Below are positions 49,065 to 57,636 of a stretch of DNA of 64,000 bases, piece by piece. The notes below the pieces were generated by a model, which was not told where the DNA came from, made no database searches, and saw nothing but the letters and a program-made list of their open reading frames with translations. The DNA is from a virus (Duplodnaviria > Caudoviricetes), in IMG/VR virus record IMGVR_UViG_3300032270_001445, positions 1-64,000 of that record, one strand, 5' to 3'. A program made the translations under genes and the position numbers. The stretch's first letter is position 1. Each line of letters starts with the position of its first letter.

Positions 49065-49325
49065 ATGAAGGGTAAAGAGCATCCGGCGTTGATGCCGTTT
49101 ATCGTCGTGGTCGCACGACTCGTTGAGTACTCTATCCCGATCGCTGCTGAGACAGCAGAAGCGGCGAAAGATATCGCCGAGAAGATGGTCATGGATGGTC
49201 ATGCTGATGACTACGCCCATGAGTGCGACATCCAAGAGGATGACGTTAAAGCGAGTGATCCTAGCGATGCGGAGCGCACCGCGTACAGGTTCTTGAACCG
49301 GGAGAACGACGAGCACACGTTCTAG
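49065..49325 (+). CDS. cassette gene: small acidic protein (DpnD/PcfM-like pattern)
   Basis: AGGAGG RBS; FIVVV...I.I.AET.EAA pattern. Confidence 0.7.
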   Translation: MKGKEHPALMPFIVVVARLVEYSIPIAAETAEAAKDIAEKMVMDGHADDYAHECDIQEDDVKASDPSDAERTAYRFLNRENDEHTF

Positions 49326-49569
49326 CAGGTAAATCACCCCCGCCGCAGCGGACGCGCTGCGGCGGGGGTGGTTAGATCACCTCTCTCTATAGAACTTCGT
49401 TCTATCTCGAGACGCCCTAATATAACTAACCACCTAACTAAGTTCGACTCGCCGCTCCGCGGCTATCGGTACAACCTGACTAAACTTCGCGGTGGGCGTA
49501 TTCTTCTTGTAGGGGGGACGCTCCCGCGATGAGTGCGACATCGCAATAGCAGTTAGCGAGGAGGCTATC

Positions 49570-49857
49570 GTGAAAATGGTAAAGACAATCGGCGACGCGA
49601 TCGCGCAGTTGCGCGTTCTAGTCTCCGAAGGCACGGCACTATACTCGGAGGCGGTCAGTATCGCTAGCCGATCAGATGTCCTGGTGGACCTATTATCAGG
49701 GAGCGACCGCGATGCGATGGTTGCTGCTCGCGATGGTGCGATAGATCGTGCGGCGCGGGTAGCGATTATCAATCGCGCCAACCAACACTCACTCGCTCAG
49801 TTAGAGGCTCAGGCAGCAGTCTACGGACTGGACTGGACTGGCTACCAGAGCCAGTAG
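49570..49857 (+). CDS. cassette gene: helical hypothetical
   Basis: GAGGAGG RBS, GTG start. Confidence 0.75.
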   Translation: MKMVKTIGDAIAQLRVLVSEGTALYSEAVSIASRSDVLVDLLSGSDRDAMVAARDGAIDRAARVAIINRANQHSLAQLEAQAAVYGLDWTGYQSQ

Positions 49858-50090
49858 TACCGACCACCCTCGTCGCAGCGGACGCGCTGCGGCGGGGGTG
49901 GTTAGATCATCTCTCTCTATAGAGAATGGTTCTATCTCGCCAGCCCATAAGATAACTAACCTAATAACTAACGTTCGATAGGCCGCTCCGCGTCCATCGC
50001 CACCACCCTGAATGAGTATCGCGTTGTGGCATTCTTCATATGCGGCGGACGCGCCGTATTGTTGTGGTAGTCATAGAGTAGGAGGCAGTT

Positions 50091-50342
50091 ATGAGTCAGT
50101 ACGGACTAAAGGCAATCGTTAAGGGTAAGGAGCGAAAGTTCATCTACGGATTCGATCGGGGTATTCCAGAATACTTCTTGACGGATATCACTGATGGTGA
50201 TGATCCGCAGTGCATCGTTGGCATGCTCGGAGGCGTGTACGGCGATAGGATGAACTTGCACGAGAAGATGAACGAACTCGGTCTATGGAAGATGCTCACT
50301 GACGATCAGCGCAGCAGAATCCTGATGGATCTTCCGTTCTGA
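50091..50342 (+). CDS. cassette gene: hypothetical
   Basis: AGGAGG RBS; YGFD motif. Confidence 0.75.
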   Translation: MSQYGLKAIVKGKERKFIYGFDRGIPEYFLTDITDGDDPQCIVGMLGGVYGDRMNLHEKMNELGLWKMLTDDQRSRILMDLPF

Positions 50343-50590
50343 ATTTATCACCCCTGCCACGGCGGACGCGCCGCGGCGGGGGTGGTTAGGTCGTTATTCT
50401 CTATAGAACTTTGTTCTATCCCGAAACTTCTCAGGATAACTAACTGAATAATAACCACTAACTAAGTTCGACTCGCCGCTCCGCGGCTATCGGCTGAACC
50501 TGACTAAACTTTGCGAACCGCCTACTCTTCTTGTAGCGGGACGCCGCCACACTATCGTTGATGGTGTGAATCGCGATAACAGGAGGCGAA

Positions 50591-50839
50591 ATGGAAGCGT
50601 TGATGAAACTATTCGCTATGGCATGGATAGCAGAGAAGCGTTCATGGGAAAATCTGGAAAGATACGAAAACTTTCTTCTTGATCTGGGCAGGGAGCCAAT
50701 GACGCACCCGTACTACAAAGGGCTTCTGGACCTTTGGAGTGAATCGCAAAAGGAGACCAAGAGGATCGGCAAGGAACTCCTCAAAGCGTACAGCGAAACG
50801 CAGGGCTCCGAATCGTTCTCGGTTCTCTCCGCGAAGTAG
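50591..50839 (+). CDS. cassette gene: hypothetical
   Basis: AGGAGG RBS. Confidence 0.75.
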   Translation: MEALMKLFAMAWIAEKRSWENLERYENFLLDLGREPMTHPYYKGLLDLWSESQKETKRIGKELLKAYSETQGSESFSVLSAK

Positions 50840-51083
50840 ACCACAACCCCTCATCGCAGCGGACGCGCTGCGGTGGGGGGTTGGTAGATCGCTTCTCTCT
50901 ATAGAACTTCGTTCTATCCCGAAGATCCATAAACTAACTAACTAACTAACTAACTAACCTGGTTCGACTCGACGCTCCGCGTCTATCGGCCTAACATTAC
51001 TAAACAACGCCGTACGCCTACTCTTCTTGTATCGGGACGCCGACGCGTAATGATTGATTGCGCGAATAGTTTAGCAGGAGGGC

Positions 51084-51341
51084 ATGATGACTCTTGAGAA
51101 TAGCGTGGTTGATGAGACCACGGAAGAGCAAGAAGATACGGGTAGGTTTTGTGCTTGGTGTAAGGTATCTGAGCAGGAGACGGACATTCGTCACTCGTGG
51201 GACGACCACGAGGGTAATGATGTCTCTTACTTTGAGAAGAAGACAATCCTAGACCTTTGTAGGGAATGTTTTTACGAGGGTCACGTAGAGTCTGTTATTG
51301 ACGACATCAAGAAGATTTACGCAGACCTAGCGAAGGGCTGA
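51084..51341 (+). CDS. cassette gene: acidic zinc-finger protein
   Basis: AGGAGG RBS; CAWC...CREC. Confidence 0.75.
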   Translation: MMTLENSVVDETTEEQEDTGRFCAWCKVSEQETDIRHSWDDHEGNDVSYFEKKTILDLCRECFYEGHVESVIDDIKKIYADLAKG

Positions 51342-51568
51342 GAGACCACCACCGTCAACCGCGGACGCGCGGTTGGCGGTGGCGGTTAGTTCGTCTCTCT
51401 CTATAGAACTTCGTTCTATCCCGCAGATCCCTAAGATAACTAACTAACCTCATAACCATAACGTTCTGCCGGTCGCTCCGCGCCCTTCGGCACAACCTAA
51501 ACTACCTGAGCGATACCGCGATTATGTATGTGCGGGGAACACCTCGCGTAATAGTAAGGAGGTATGAA

Positions 51569-51850
51569 ATGGGAAAGCGGCTAAATCGTAATGGGGTCAT
51601 TGCGGCGATCGCTCGCCTAGATGATTTCACATCGCATACAAAGAGTATGCGTGGCGAGTGGCAGGGAGAGATCTACGTGGTGTATTCGTACAACCAGTGG
51701 ATTGGTCAGACGGACGGCACGCATTGGAATCTAAACGATCAGCGATACAGCGTGACGACATCCCGCCACCAGTCATATCTACGCCGTGCAATCAGCGCGC
51801 ACGCAATCAACACTCAAGAGAGGGAGATCGGTAAGCTGCTCTCCAGGTAG
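51569..51850 (+). CDS. cassette gene: hypothetical
   Basis: AAGGAGG RBS; YVVYSY...YSVTTSRHQS. Confidence 0.75.
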   Translation: MGKRLNRNGVIAAIARLDDFTSHTKSMRGEWQGEIYVVYSYNQWIGQTDGTHWNLNDQRYSVTTSRHQSYLRRAISAHAINTQEREIGKLLSR

Positions 51851-52069
51851 TCAATCCACCCGAGCCGCGAAGTCCTGCGGCTCGGGTGGTTAGGTCTCTT
51901 CTCTCTATCTCTCTTTGTTCGATCTCGAGACGCCATAAGATAACTAACTAACTGAGTTCGACTCGACGCTCCGCGTCTATCGGCCTAACATTACTAAACC
52001 AACCATCAAGCGTATTGTTCTTGTAGCGGCGGACGCGCCGCACAATCCAATAGTAGTAGAGGAGGCTTT

Positions 52070-52372
52070 ATGGGAGAGAAAGTAAAGCGCGTGAAGCGCA
52101 AAGCAACGGAGTCGCTTGGAGTGATCACGAAACTCCTCGCGCGCTCCATTGAGCAGCGTGCAGCAGCGGTTGACGCTGTTGATTTCACGCAAGAGCAGAT
52201 TGCGATAGTCGCAAGAGCAGAGAAGCCCAGCAAGAGCGTCGTCAAGAAACTGAACGCTGCGCTTGTTGTTGCCAATAGTGCTCTCGCGTACTATGAAGCA
52301 AACGTCAAGGAACTTCAGAAGCGTCAGGCTTCTGCTATGAAGGCGATTGAGAAGGCTCAAGCGCAAGAGTAG
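52070..52372 (+). CDS. cassette gene: basic coiled-coil protein
   Basis: GAGGAGG RBS. Confidence 0.75.
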   Translation: MGEKVKRVKRKATESLGVITKLLARSIEQRAAAVDAVDFTQEQIAIVARAEKPSKSVVKKLNAALVVANSALAYYEANVKELQKRQASAMKAIEKAQAQE

Positions 52373-52595
52373 TATCCCCACCCTCATCGCAGCGGACGCG
52401 CTGCGGTGGGGGTGGTTAGATCACCTCTCTCTATAGAACTTCGTTCTATCCCGGACCGCCTTAATATAACTAACCACCTAACTAACCAGCGTTCGATTAC
52501 TCGCTCCGCTCGTATCGCAACAACCTAAACTGACCTGACCTAAAGCCTATTCTTTGTATGTGAGGCAACCGCCTCACAATAGTAAGGGGGCTAAA

Positions 52596-52880
52596 ATGGC
52601 AGTGAAGCAAGTGCCAGAGAAGGTAGTCAGGGACATTGTTGAGTTCCAGAGTATCCTTGAAGGATTCATCGCGGCACTCAACAAAGGTAGATACTTCGAT
52701 CACGATAGCCAACAGGCTGTTAGTGATGTGCTGTACCTTATGGAGAAGCCTTGGAAGTATAAGTTTGAGATGGCTGAGTGGGAGGTTCTTGGATACCCCG
52801 ACGCTTACAATCCAGACTATGTTAGCGATCTAGAAATTGACACCACCGACGCAAAGATCTTTTCTTACTTCAGCCGCTAA
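52596..52880 (+). CDS. cassette gene: hypothetical
   Basis: AAGGGGG RBS; YLMEKPWKY. Confidence 0.7.
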   Translation: MAVKQVPEKVVRDIVEFQSILEGFIAALNKGRYFDHDSQQAVSDVLYLMEKPWKYKFEMAEWEVLGYPDAYNPDYVSDLEIDTTDAKIFSYFSR

Positions 52881-53089
52881 CGATTCCCCCCGCTCACCGC
52901 GAACGCGCGGTGGGCGGGGTGGTCAATCTCTACTCTCTATAGAACAAAGTTCTATCCCGCAGATCCCTAAGATAACTAACTAACGTTCCATAGCTCGCTC
53001 CGCTCGCTTCGGCAGAACTCTAACAAACTAACAGGAACGCGTATTCTTTAGGTGCGGGGCAACAGCCACGCAATAGTAAGGAGGCTAGT

Positions 53090-53329
53090 ATGTCAATAAA
53101 GGAGTTCAGGGTAACGGCAACATACGAGACCACTGTTGAAGTGGATCAAGATTACGAGTGGCAGGTGTGCGACAAGCACAAGCCAGCCGACGATGAGACA
53201 CCTGCTCAGTGGGATGTTCGCATGGTAGCGATTGAATCGTGCAGCGATTGCGACGATAAGGCTTACGATGTCGCTTCTGAAGAGGCTTACGGAAAGTTTC
53301 CAAACGCCGACGACATTGACATCTCCTAG
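53090..53329 (+). CDS. cassette gene: acidic protein with Cys pairs
   Basis: AAGGAGG RBS; FRVTATYETTVEV. Confidence 0.75.
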   Translation: MSIKEFRVTATYETTVEVDQDYEWQVCDKHKPADDETPAQWDVRMVAIESCSDCDDKAYDVASEEAYGKFPNADDIDIS

Positions 53330-53553
53330 TCGCTAAGGAGAACCCCCGCTCACCGCAATCGTGCGGTGGGCGGGGTGTTCGTTTCCTTCCCTCTATAGAA
53401 CTTCGTTCTATCCCGCAACTCCTTAATCTAACTAACCACCTAACTAACGTTCGCACGCTCGCTCCGCTCGCTTCGGCCGAACTCTAACAAACTAACGCGT
53501 AGGCGTATTCTTTGGGTGCGGGGATTCCCGTGAAGATCATAAGGAGGCTTGAA

Positions 53554-53757
53554 ATGGTTGCGTGCGATCAGTGCGGCACGGAGTTCTTCAACGAGTTTGA
53601 GCCGCTCTCAACGATCTGCGAATCGTGCAAGGAAGAAGAATCCGCAGCGGCGGACGCGTATTGGGAGAAGTATCTTGATTGGGTTGATGATACCCATCAT
53701 CGCGATAGCGATGACGATACTGACCCGCTTATTCAATACGAAGACGGCTGGCGATAA
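53554..53757 (+). CDS. cassette gene: very acidic zinc-finger peptide
   Basis: AAGGAGG RBS; CDQC...CESC, D/E-rich tail. Confidence 0.75.
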   Translation: MVACDQCGTEFFNEFEPLSTICESCKEEESAAADAYWEKYLDWVDDTHHRDSDDDTDPLIQYEDGWR

Positions 53758-53761
53758 ACGA

Positions 53762-53803
53762 TAAAGCCCCAGATTCCCACGAGGGAGTCTGGGGCTTTAT
53801 TAT
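53762..53803. terminator. bidirectional terminator at junction of the two arrays
   Basis: TAAAGCCCCAGATTCCC-ACGA-GGGAGTCTGGGGCTTTA with A/T tracts on both sides. Confidence 0.8.
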
Positions 53804-53869
53804 TGAGTTCCAGTCCTAGCAGCCGCGGCTGCTAGGAGCCTAACGATAATAGCCCCTAGCAGCCGAGGA

Positions 53870-54148
53870 TTATGCGGAGTAGTAATCCAACTCCATCTTC
53901 TCCACGAAGTTATCGTCAACTTCAATCTCGCTATATTCCACAACGAAGCCTTCCCGCGCCATTGCGGTTATGAACAATGGTGCGTCACAATCTTCTTCAA
54001 GGTAGACGCTTCCGTTGCCTTCGTATGAGCAGTTGCTCACAACGCTGGCGATACCGAGTTGGCGAAGCATAGCCTTCTCCGCTACGAGGTAGCCGTGCCC
54101 TGGCGTATTGAACTTCCGCGTGAAGTAGGTTGCCGAGATTCCGAACAT
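53870..54148 (-). CDS. cassette gene: hypothetical (PGHGYL...YLEEDCD family)
   Basis: AAGGAGG RBS; motif seen in small phage/plasmid proteins. Confidence 0.75.
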   Translation of the reverse strand: MFGISATYFTRKFNTPGHGYLVAEKAMLRQLGIASVVSNCSYEGNGSVYLEEDCDAPLFITAMAREGFVVEYSEIEVDDNFVEKMELDYYSA

Positions 54149-54276
54149 TGGTGCCTCCTTGCTTCCCTACGGCAACTGCCGCAACGCAATACTACGCGAA
54201 CTTCTGGCAGGTTGTCAAGCGTTCCATCCTAAGCCACCGCGGTGGCTTAGGGCTGAACCCTAAACCACCGCGCTCG

Positions 54277-54606
54277 CTACGCGTTCGCGTTCTCTGTCTG
54301 TTGTCGCTCGTTCTCTATTGCTTCGTCGGTGTAGTGCTTCGCGATCTCCCGCCAATCAACGCGCGAGAGTGAGGCGCCGAGCAAATCGGTCACGAGCCCA
54401 ACCGCCGCCTCTGGTAGCGTGTTGGTCACTTCCTCCTTGAGCCACTTGCCCATTTCATAGGCTGCGAAGTTTCCGTCGCTGTCGTTGCTTTCTGCGAACG
54501 CACGAGCCTGCTCCTCTACTCCGTGGAGGTCTCCGATGATCCCCTCACCGAGCCAGAGATTGACGAGCCATGTCTCGTAGTTGCTCCAGCCGTTGTAGTC
54601 TGCCAT
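54277..54606 (-). CDS. cassette gene: YNGWSNYETW-family hypothetical
   Basis: AAGGAGG RBS, ATG 54606. Confidence 0.8.
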   Translation of the reverse strand: MADYNGWSNYETWLVNLWLGEGIIGDLHGVEEQARAFAESNDSDGNFAAYEMGKWLKEEVTNTLPEAAVGLVTDLLGASLSRVDWREIAKHYTDEAIENERQQTENANA

Positions 54607-54764
54607 TTTTGCCTCCTTATGACCTAGCGGGAAGCCCCGCAAGGGAATACTAAACGAACTCCTAGCGAACTGTCAAGCGTTCTATTCCAATGTGCCGCGG
54701 CACATTGGAGCCTAACAATAAACCCCGCCGAAGCGGGGCTTATTGTTTCCGCAGCTGCGAAACT

Positions 54765-55172
54765 TTACGCCATCGGATAGTTGCCCAGTTCTAGAAGCGT
54801 CTTGATTTCCGCAACCTGCTCATCGCTGAACGCAAGCGTCTTGCCGTCCTCGTCCTCTGCGGTGAGTACGCAGTTGCCGTAGATTCCGTCAAACACGCCG
54901 CCAAGAATCTCATTGCGCAAAGATGTTGCCGCCTGATTGCGAATCACAGGCTCGTTGTATAGCCCTTCCTCGTCGCACCAAAGCACCACGCTCGTCGCGC
55001 CGTACTTACCAGAAGCCGCAACCTCTACCAGGCTCCACTCGCCGACTCGGTAGAGTTCGGTGAGCGTGTTGCCGTCATCGTTGAAGTCCACGACCTCAAC
55101 CCAGTTGAACAGCGCGGGGACTGGCGTAGCAGTCTCAAACTTTCCAACTCCGAACTTGATTGCCTTACCCAT
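54765..55172 (-). CDS. cassette gene: DUF3846-like protein
   Basis: LWCDEEGL...N..AT...I.GN.VL motif; AAAGGAGG RBS. Confidence 0.7.
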   Translation of the reverse strand: MGKAIKFGVGKFETATPVPALFNWVEVVDFNDDGNTLTELYRVGEWSLVEVAASGKYGATSVVLWCDEEGLYNEPVIRNQAATSLRNEILGGVFDGIYGNCVLTAEDEDGKTLAFSDEQVAEIKTLLELGNYPMA

Positions 55173-55287
55173 TTGCTTGCCTCCTTTGCCTTTCATCGGG
55201 AAGCCCCGACCTCTGAATCTTACGCGATAAAGTTCCAGCCTGTCAAGGGGTTCTATCTCAAATGGTCGCGACCATTTGAGGCTGAAC

Positions 55288-55529
55288 AAAATGATAAGGG
55301 TCTGACTGGCACCACACCAACCAGACCCTTATCGGCATTTCGCTGCCTTTGACGCTTATCCTCTTGCGAGGAGAGGCTTCACCTTCCGGCTGCCTCTTGC
55401 GAACGGCGTAGGTGTCGGTTAGGCACCCCCACCGCTCGTCCTTATCGTCTCGGGTAGTTAGTCTACAACTACCAACCAGCCGCAGCCCCATAAGCCCGCC
55501 ACTTTCACAGCGGCACCAGAGCGGCTCGT
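55288..55529 (-). ncRNA. candidate structured non-coding RNA cassette A
   Basis: TTGACG-17-TAGAAT promoter (55564-55536), terminator 55293-55333, no RBS-led ORF, several hairpins, motif shared with 57637-57866. Confidence 0.6.
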
Positions 55530-55615
55530 GTGATGATTCTAAACGAACATCTGCCAGCCGTCAAGCGTTCTATCCCAAATGGCCGCGGCCATTTGGGGCT
55601 GAACAATAATAAGAG

Positions 55616-55828
55616 TTATACGCCGCTTCTTACTGCCTCGTCTAGTCTTGTCGCCGCTTCCGTAATCGTCGCCAGAACTTCGTCGCCAAAGATTTCCGCG
55701 AAGCCCGTAGGCTCGGCGGTATGGTCTGCCGCAAGTTTCTGGAACCGATAGGCTCCGTCATCTTGCTGGTAATAGCGTGCGAAGGTTGTCGTTGCGCCGT
55801 TGGTGTGAATCTGCTTCCACTCCGTCAT
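55616..55828 (-). CDS. cassette gene: hypothetical
   Basis: GGAGGG RBS, translationally coupled to 55830 gene. Confidence 0.65.
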   Translation of the reverse strand: MTEWKQIHTNGATTTFARYYQQDDGAYRFQKLAADHTAEPTGFAEIFGDEVLATITEAATRLDEAVRSGV

Positions 55829-55829
55829 C

Positions 55830-56114
55830 TTATCCCTCCACTTCATACTTCTCGCCGCCGATTCGCAGCCCTGTGATTGCGTCAAGCGCGATGGTGCGAT
55901 AGCCCTCGGCGGTAATGTCGTAGACAAAGATGAGGTCTTTCGCAGCCGCGTCATACGCAGCCTCGCCGCCTTTGAGGTGCTTCTTGACCCCAAGACGCGC
56001 CGTCATCTTTCGCAACTCGCCTGTCGTGCGCTTCACGAAGTCCACGCCAAAGATCGCGCCGTTGCTTGTGCGGATCATCTCTGCCGCCTCTGCCATCTTG
56101 ATTACCTTGTTCAT
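55830..56114 (-). CDS. cassette gene: SH3/Sm-like beta-barrel protein
   Basis: IFGVDFVKRTTGELRKM.ARLGV...VYDI...YRTI pattern; AAGGAGG RBS. Confidence 0.7.
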   Translation of the reverse strand: MNKVIKMAEAAEMIRTSNGAIFGVDFVKRTTGELRKMTARLGVKKHLKGGEAAYDAAAKDLIFVYDITAEGYRTIALDAITGLRIGGEKYEVEG

Positions 56115-56262
56115 TTAAGCCTCCTTACTTCTGTACCTTTCTGGTACAAGATGATTCTAGAACAGACCTATCCAATCCGTCAAGGGGTTCTAGTCCAAAG
56201 GGCCGCCGCCCTTTGGAGGCGAACAAAAATACCGCCCGAAGGCGGCATCTTTGCTTTCTGGA

Positions 56263-56601
56263 CTACTCGGCTGTCTGAAGCGCGATGATCTTGCTGAACT
56301 CCAGTTCAGCGTCGCGCTCGTGCTCAAACGCAACGAAGTCAATGAATCCATCGTTTCGCCAATGGACAACGATGTTGCCGAACTTGTCGTAAGTCCCATC
56401 AAGTTCAGTTGAAATGAAATCGTCTGGGACTGCCAGTCCGTCCATCACATCGCCGTAGATTTCAGCAAACTTCAGATCGTAGCCTTCAAGACGACTCGCA
56501 ACCCTTTGCTCAACAAGCCAGTCGCCATCGCAACTTCCCTGAGAGCACTTGAACTTCGTGAAGTCGCCGTTCGTGAGTGAAACCGCCAGAGCCTTGAACA
56601 T
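56263..56601 (-). CDS. cassette gene: acidic hypothetical
   Basis: GAGGAGG RBS. Confidence 0.75.
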   Translation of the reverse strand: MFKALAVSLTNGDFTKFKCSQGSCDGDWLVEQRVASRLEGYDLKFAEIYGDVMDGLAVPDDFISTELDGTYDKFGNIVVHWRNDGFIDFVAFEHERDAELEFSKIIALQTAE

Positions 56602-56791
56602 TTTAGCCTCCTCTGTTATCCGCCCAGTTGGGCTATGCCCATTGTAATCAGTAATCTACTCAGCCGTCAAGAGGTTCTATTCCGAGGAGCCGCCGCTCCT
56701 CGGAGACGAACATAATAAAGCGGACTAGTTGGGCTGCGACTCAACTAGTCCGCTTGTAGTGGATAGGTGGAGGCTTTCTACCTATCCGTAG

Positions 56792-57064
56792 TCATAGTGC
56801 CGCCAAGTACGGCAGGCGGCAGTCGTATCCTAGCAGGCAACTTGATGGCTCGTGATGGACAGGCTCAACCGCCCACTCAAGGCAAGTCCCGCAAGACTCG
56901 CCGCACCAGTTCACTTCGTCCCAGTCAAAGACAGGGTGAAGTGGATTGCCTTCGCTATCAACAGATTCCTCGTCGTTCAGAGCCGTTCCCCACCTTGCCT
57001 CGGAGCAGGGTACGCAATGAACAGCAGCCTCGTATTGCCACGCGATCGGTGTGTGCTCGCTCAT
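56792..57064 (-). CDS. cassette gene: Cys-rich acidic protein
   Basis: AAGGAGG RBS; HCVPC...CGTC. Confidence 0.75.
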   Translation of the reverse strand: MSEHTPIAWQYEAAVHCVPCSEARWGTALNDEESVDSEGNPLHPVFDWDEVNWCGESCGTCLEWAVEPVHHEPSSCLLGYDCRLPYLAAL

Positions 57065-57183
57065 CTTTGCCTCCTTGTTTCGTCAGAAGTCCTGACTAAG
57101 GGATTGTCGCACAGCCGCAACAGCCTGTCAAATGGTTCCATCGTAGGTAGCCGCCGCTACCTACGCCCGAACATAATAAACTG

Positions 57184-57258
57184 CTATGGGCGGGTAAGCA
57201 CCAGCGCGTAAAGCATAAGCGCGCCGAGCATTATGTAGAACGCTCCCTGCGCGTCCAT
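57184..57258 (-). CDS. 24-aa hydrophobic peptide
   Basis: Read manually: MDAQGAFYIMLGALMLYALVLTRP; TAATG overlap with upstream gene. Confidence 0.5.
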   Translation of the reverse strand: MDAQGAFYIMLGALMLYALVLTRP

Positions 57259-57521
57259 TAGATCAAATCCGAAAGCGTTGGGACTGCCTCGTAGCAATCG
57301 TCGCAAAGATACTCAATGTTCTCGTGGGCGTTCTCGTAGCCGTTCCAGCCGTAAGGGAAAGAACGCTTCTTGCCCTCAAATGGGCAACGCTTCTCCAATG
57401 AGAGAAACTCCTCGCCGTGGCACTCCTGAACGAGCGGGTGGTCGTGCGTTTCGCACTCGCATTGATCGTAGTAGCAATCGCCGTTGCCACACATCGTCAT
57501 TGAGCCTTGTAGGTACGCCAT
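57258..57521 (-). CDS. cassette gene: Cys/His-rich protein
   Basis: AAGGAGG RBS, ATG 57521. Confidence 0.75.
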   Translation of the reverse strand: MAYLQGSMTMCGNGDCYYDQCECETHDHPLVQECHGEEFLSLEKRCPFEGKKRSFPYGWNGYENAHENIEYLCDDCYEAVPTLSDLI

Positions 57522-57636
57522 TGTCGCCTCCTTATTCGCAGCCCCAAATCGGGGTAGCCCCATTGTAAATCCATCGCGCCAGATTCGTCAAGCGTTCTAA
57601 TCCAAGGAGCGGCGGCTCCTTGGAGCTGAACCTAAT

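Larger units (their letters stand above)
46905..53757 (+). repeat. array of 14 single-gene cassettes with conserved ~230-bp intergenic modules
   Basis: Each intergenic has GC hairpin (GACG/AACG/ATCG loop), CT tract, 28-bp GTTC(T/G)ATC..TAAC, (TAAC)n, 34-bp GTTC..CGCTCCGC..AAC, promoter, 5' hairpin, GGAGG. Confidence 0.92.

Noticed and set aside
48886-53410. LexA/SOS boxes (TCGAACTATGTTCGA, AGAACTTCGTTCT)
   Set aside because: Spacer is 3 nt whereas Gram-positive/actinobacterial SOS boxes are GAAC-N4-GTTC; also absent from several modules
53807-54716. Canonical integron attC sites (GCCTAAC matches R'' in two copies)
   Set aside because: Polarity is GTT first and AAC last, opposite to RYYYAAC...GTTRRRY; cassettes carry their own promoters; no intI in window. 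Kept only as an analogy
55258-55491. 77-aa ORF in cassette A
   Set aside because: No RBS, runs through the terminator and the 38-bp element, unlike all true cassette genes
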